Source: Clostridia bacterium (GTDB lineage Bacteria > Bacillota > Clostridia > Christensenellales > UBA1242). Taken from it: 54,836 nucleotides of DNA. Each line of letters begins with the position of its first letter. Positions within the stretch are counted from its first letter, which is position 1. Positions 53,020 to 54,836 of the stretch are shown piece after piece. The stretch lies in contig CAWVLM010000038.1 in NCBI GenBank assembly GCA_963930145.1, positions 1-54,836 on the forward strand, given 5' to 3'. The translations under genes and the position numbers were made by a program. A model generated the notes under the pieces. It ran no database searches, was not told where the DNA came from, and saw only the letters and a program-made list of their open reading frames with translations.

Positions 53020-54051
53020 ATGTTCTCAAAAATATATATAAACAGCACAAATTTAATTCACAATGTTGAAAAACTTGAAGAAATTGCTGCACACAAGATA
53101 TGCGTGATGATAAAGGCAAATGCCTATGGGCATGGCATGAAAGAAATTCTCTCTATTTTAAATGATAAGGTTGACTATTTTGGCGTGTCAAACCAAAGTG
53201 AAGGCCTGCTTGCGAAGAGATATACAAAGAAGGATGTAATAGTGTTCGGTGCCTGCGAAGATTATCGGGTTTGCATGCAAAATGATGTTTCTTTTGCACT
53301 TTTTTCATATTTAGACGCAAAAAAGATAGCAAAAACAGCAAAAAAATACAACTTAACACCCAAAATGCATCTTTGTTTAAACACTGGCATGAATAGGTAT
53401 GGTGTTAAAACCGAGAAAGAGCTTCAAAAGATAATCACTTTTTTAAAAAAGCAGGGCTTGTCTCTTGCAGGAATCTATACTCATTTCTCTTCACTAACAA
53501 CTGATAGAGACTATACTGAAAAACAAAAAGAAAAGTTTTTTAGATTTATAAAACATATTCCTAAGGAGTGGCAAACGATAAAGCATGTTGGCGGCGGGCG
53601 AAGCATCTTTGAAAAACTTGATGTTGATATGTTTAGAGTAGGGCTTGAAGTGTATGGCTATGGCAACGAGTTTGTCAAGCCTGTCCTTTCAGTTGAAAGC
53701 ACGATAGTTGATATTCAGCAGGTAGATAAAGGCGAACATGTCGGCTATCTCTGTGGTTATACCGCAGAAAAAGATATCACCGTTGCAGCCATTCCGCTAG
53801 GCTATGGTGATGGGCTGCCACGGAAACTTTCAAATAAGCTAATAGTATCAATAAGGGGAAAAGAAGCAAAGGTAACAGGCAATATCTGCATGGACGCCTT
53901 TATGGTAGATGTCTCTGATAATAATTGCAAGATAGGCGATAGCGTTATGATAATGAATAATGCGTCCGCTCTTGCTCCGCTTATTGAAAGCACAGAATAC
54001 GAGGTTCTCACAAATCTAGCTAAGTTTAGGGGAGAGCGAGTTATAGTTTAA
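53020..54051 (+). CDS. alr: Alanine racemase
   Basis: VMIKANAYGHG (PLP lysine), IPLGYGDG, and NICMD near the C-terminus. Confidence 0.9.
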   Translation: MFSKIYINSTNLIHNVEKLEEIAAHKICVMIKANAYGHGMKEILSILNDKVDYFGVSNQSEGLLAKRYTKKDVIVFGACEDYRVCMQNDVSFALFSYLDAKKIAKTAKKYNLTPKMHLCLNTGMNRYGVKTEKELQKIITFLKKQGLSLAGIYTHFSSLTTDRDYTEKQKEKFFRFIKHIPKEWQTIKHVGGGRSIFEKLDVDMFRVGLEVYGYGNEFVKPVLSVESTIVDIQQVDKGEHVGYLCGYTAEKDITVAAIPLGYGDGLPRKLSNKLIVSIRGKEAKVTGNICMDAFMVDVSDNNCKIGDSVMIMNNASALAPLIESTEYEVLTNLAKFRGERVIV

Positions 54052-54096
54052 ACGCAATACCTTTACAAATTATAAAAAATATGCTATAATTATGGC

Positions 54097-54774
54097 ATGG
54101 AAGAAAAATATAGATTAAGAGATGAGGCTAAGGAAGAACTTAGAGACTCAATTCCTAAAAACATAAAACCAGAAGATTTAGAGATTGACGAACATATTGA
54201 TGACAAATACACAAGCTCAGTTTTTGCACGCTATAAAAATGGTGAATCAAAAAATAAATGGTTCTTGTGGTCGGGCTATTTGTCAGTAGTTTTTGGCGTG
54301 CTTTGCGTTATATCAATGGCTATCTTGGGTATTGTCTTTGCCTTTAGAAGCGGTGAACTTCGTCAAGATACCACCTATGACTATGACGGCAGTCGCACAA
54401 AGATACTTGCAAGCTGCATCGTGGTTTCAATAATCGGTATAATCGGCTTTATTGTTGGGCTTAAAGTAAAAAGTTTTGCTAGTCTAACACAAGAAGAACT
54501 TATAGAGCATGTATGGCTAATTGTTGGTGTGGCTATCTTGCAGTTTTTCTTCGGTGGCTTTATCTTTGTTATTTTGACGATTGTCGGATATTTTGTTGGT
54601 ATTGGCTCAGACTATGGAGCAATATACTATAATCGAATTGACAGCTCGTCTGACCAATACAAGCGGCTCAAGGACGCAAAGAGCTTATATCAAAATGGCG
54701 TTATTGACTATGAAGAATATATGCGTCTGCGTCAAGAGATTATAAGAAACGCCGATACAAATCGCTGGGTATAA
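54097..54774 (+). CDS. Membrane protein (four TM helices) with a SHOCT-like C-terminal tail
   Basis: KSLYQNGVIDYEEYMRLRQEII resembles the SHOCT motif. The hydrophobic core has four helices. Confidence 0.65.
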   Translation: MEEKYRLRDEAKEELRDSIPKNIKPEDLEIDEHIDDKYTSSVFARYKNGESKNKWFLWSGYLSVVFGVLCVISMAILGIVFAFRSGELRQDTTYDYDGSRTKILASCIVVSIIGIIGFIVGLKVKSFASLTQEELIEHVWLIVGVAILQFFFGGFIFVILTIVGYFVGIGSDYGAIYYNRIDSSSDQYKRLKDAKSLYQNGVIDYEEYMRLRQEIIRNADTNRWV

Positions 54775-54836
54775 TCTTATAAAAATGATTTATAGCTAAA
54801 AGTTTATTATAAAAACGTCTTAACATTTTGGTTATG

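Overview
Low-GC, Bacillota-type chromosomal segment, apparently from an anaerobe (T-box leader, PASTA-containing class B PBP, LtaS-family enzyme, lipobox lipoprotein, desulfoferrodoxin and rubrerythrin genes). Standard genetic code; TAA, TAG and TGA are all used as stops. No CRISPR array, integrase, transposase or phage genes were seen. Most of the window is housekeeping: metG, a reduced rsmH/ftsL-like/PBP2B division cluster, T-box-controlled glyQS, a YbiT-like ABC-F ATPase, cls, a U32 peptidase, dfx, rubredoxin/rubrerythrin genes, tRNA-Arg, rnhB, a ZIP transporter, an LtaS-family enzyme and alr. Accessory content includes a 3644-aa membrane-anchored giant ORF, two paralogous W-L-R-S-P (DUF6273-like) surface proteins, a 1273-aa SF1 helicase with a C-terminal nuclease-like domain, a processive GT2 glycosyltransferase, two tandem YugP-type zinc peptidases and an XRE/SHOCT membrane pair. 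The most unusual signal is non-coding. A 917-bp gene-free, hairpin-dense region (37133-38049) carries a TTGACA/TAAACT promoter whose spacer holds a G8 tract. It also contains two ~95-nt perfect four-way-junction ('cloverleaf') modules. A third module of the same size and layout, with unrelated sequence, lies at 52874-52968. Two more poly-G tracts sit in surface-related genes: G6 at the 3' end of a DUF6273-like gene and G8 inside the GT2 gene. The tRNA-Arg transcription unit also carries an odd ~125-nt structured element ending in a duplicated acceptor/ACCA mini-helix. All functional calls come from motif recognition by eye; no database search was run.
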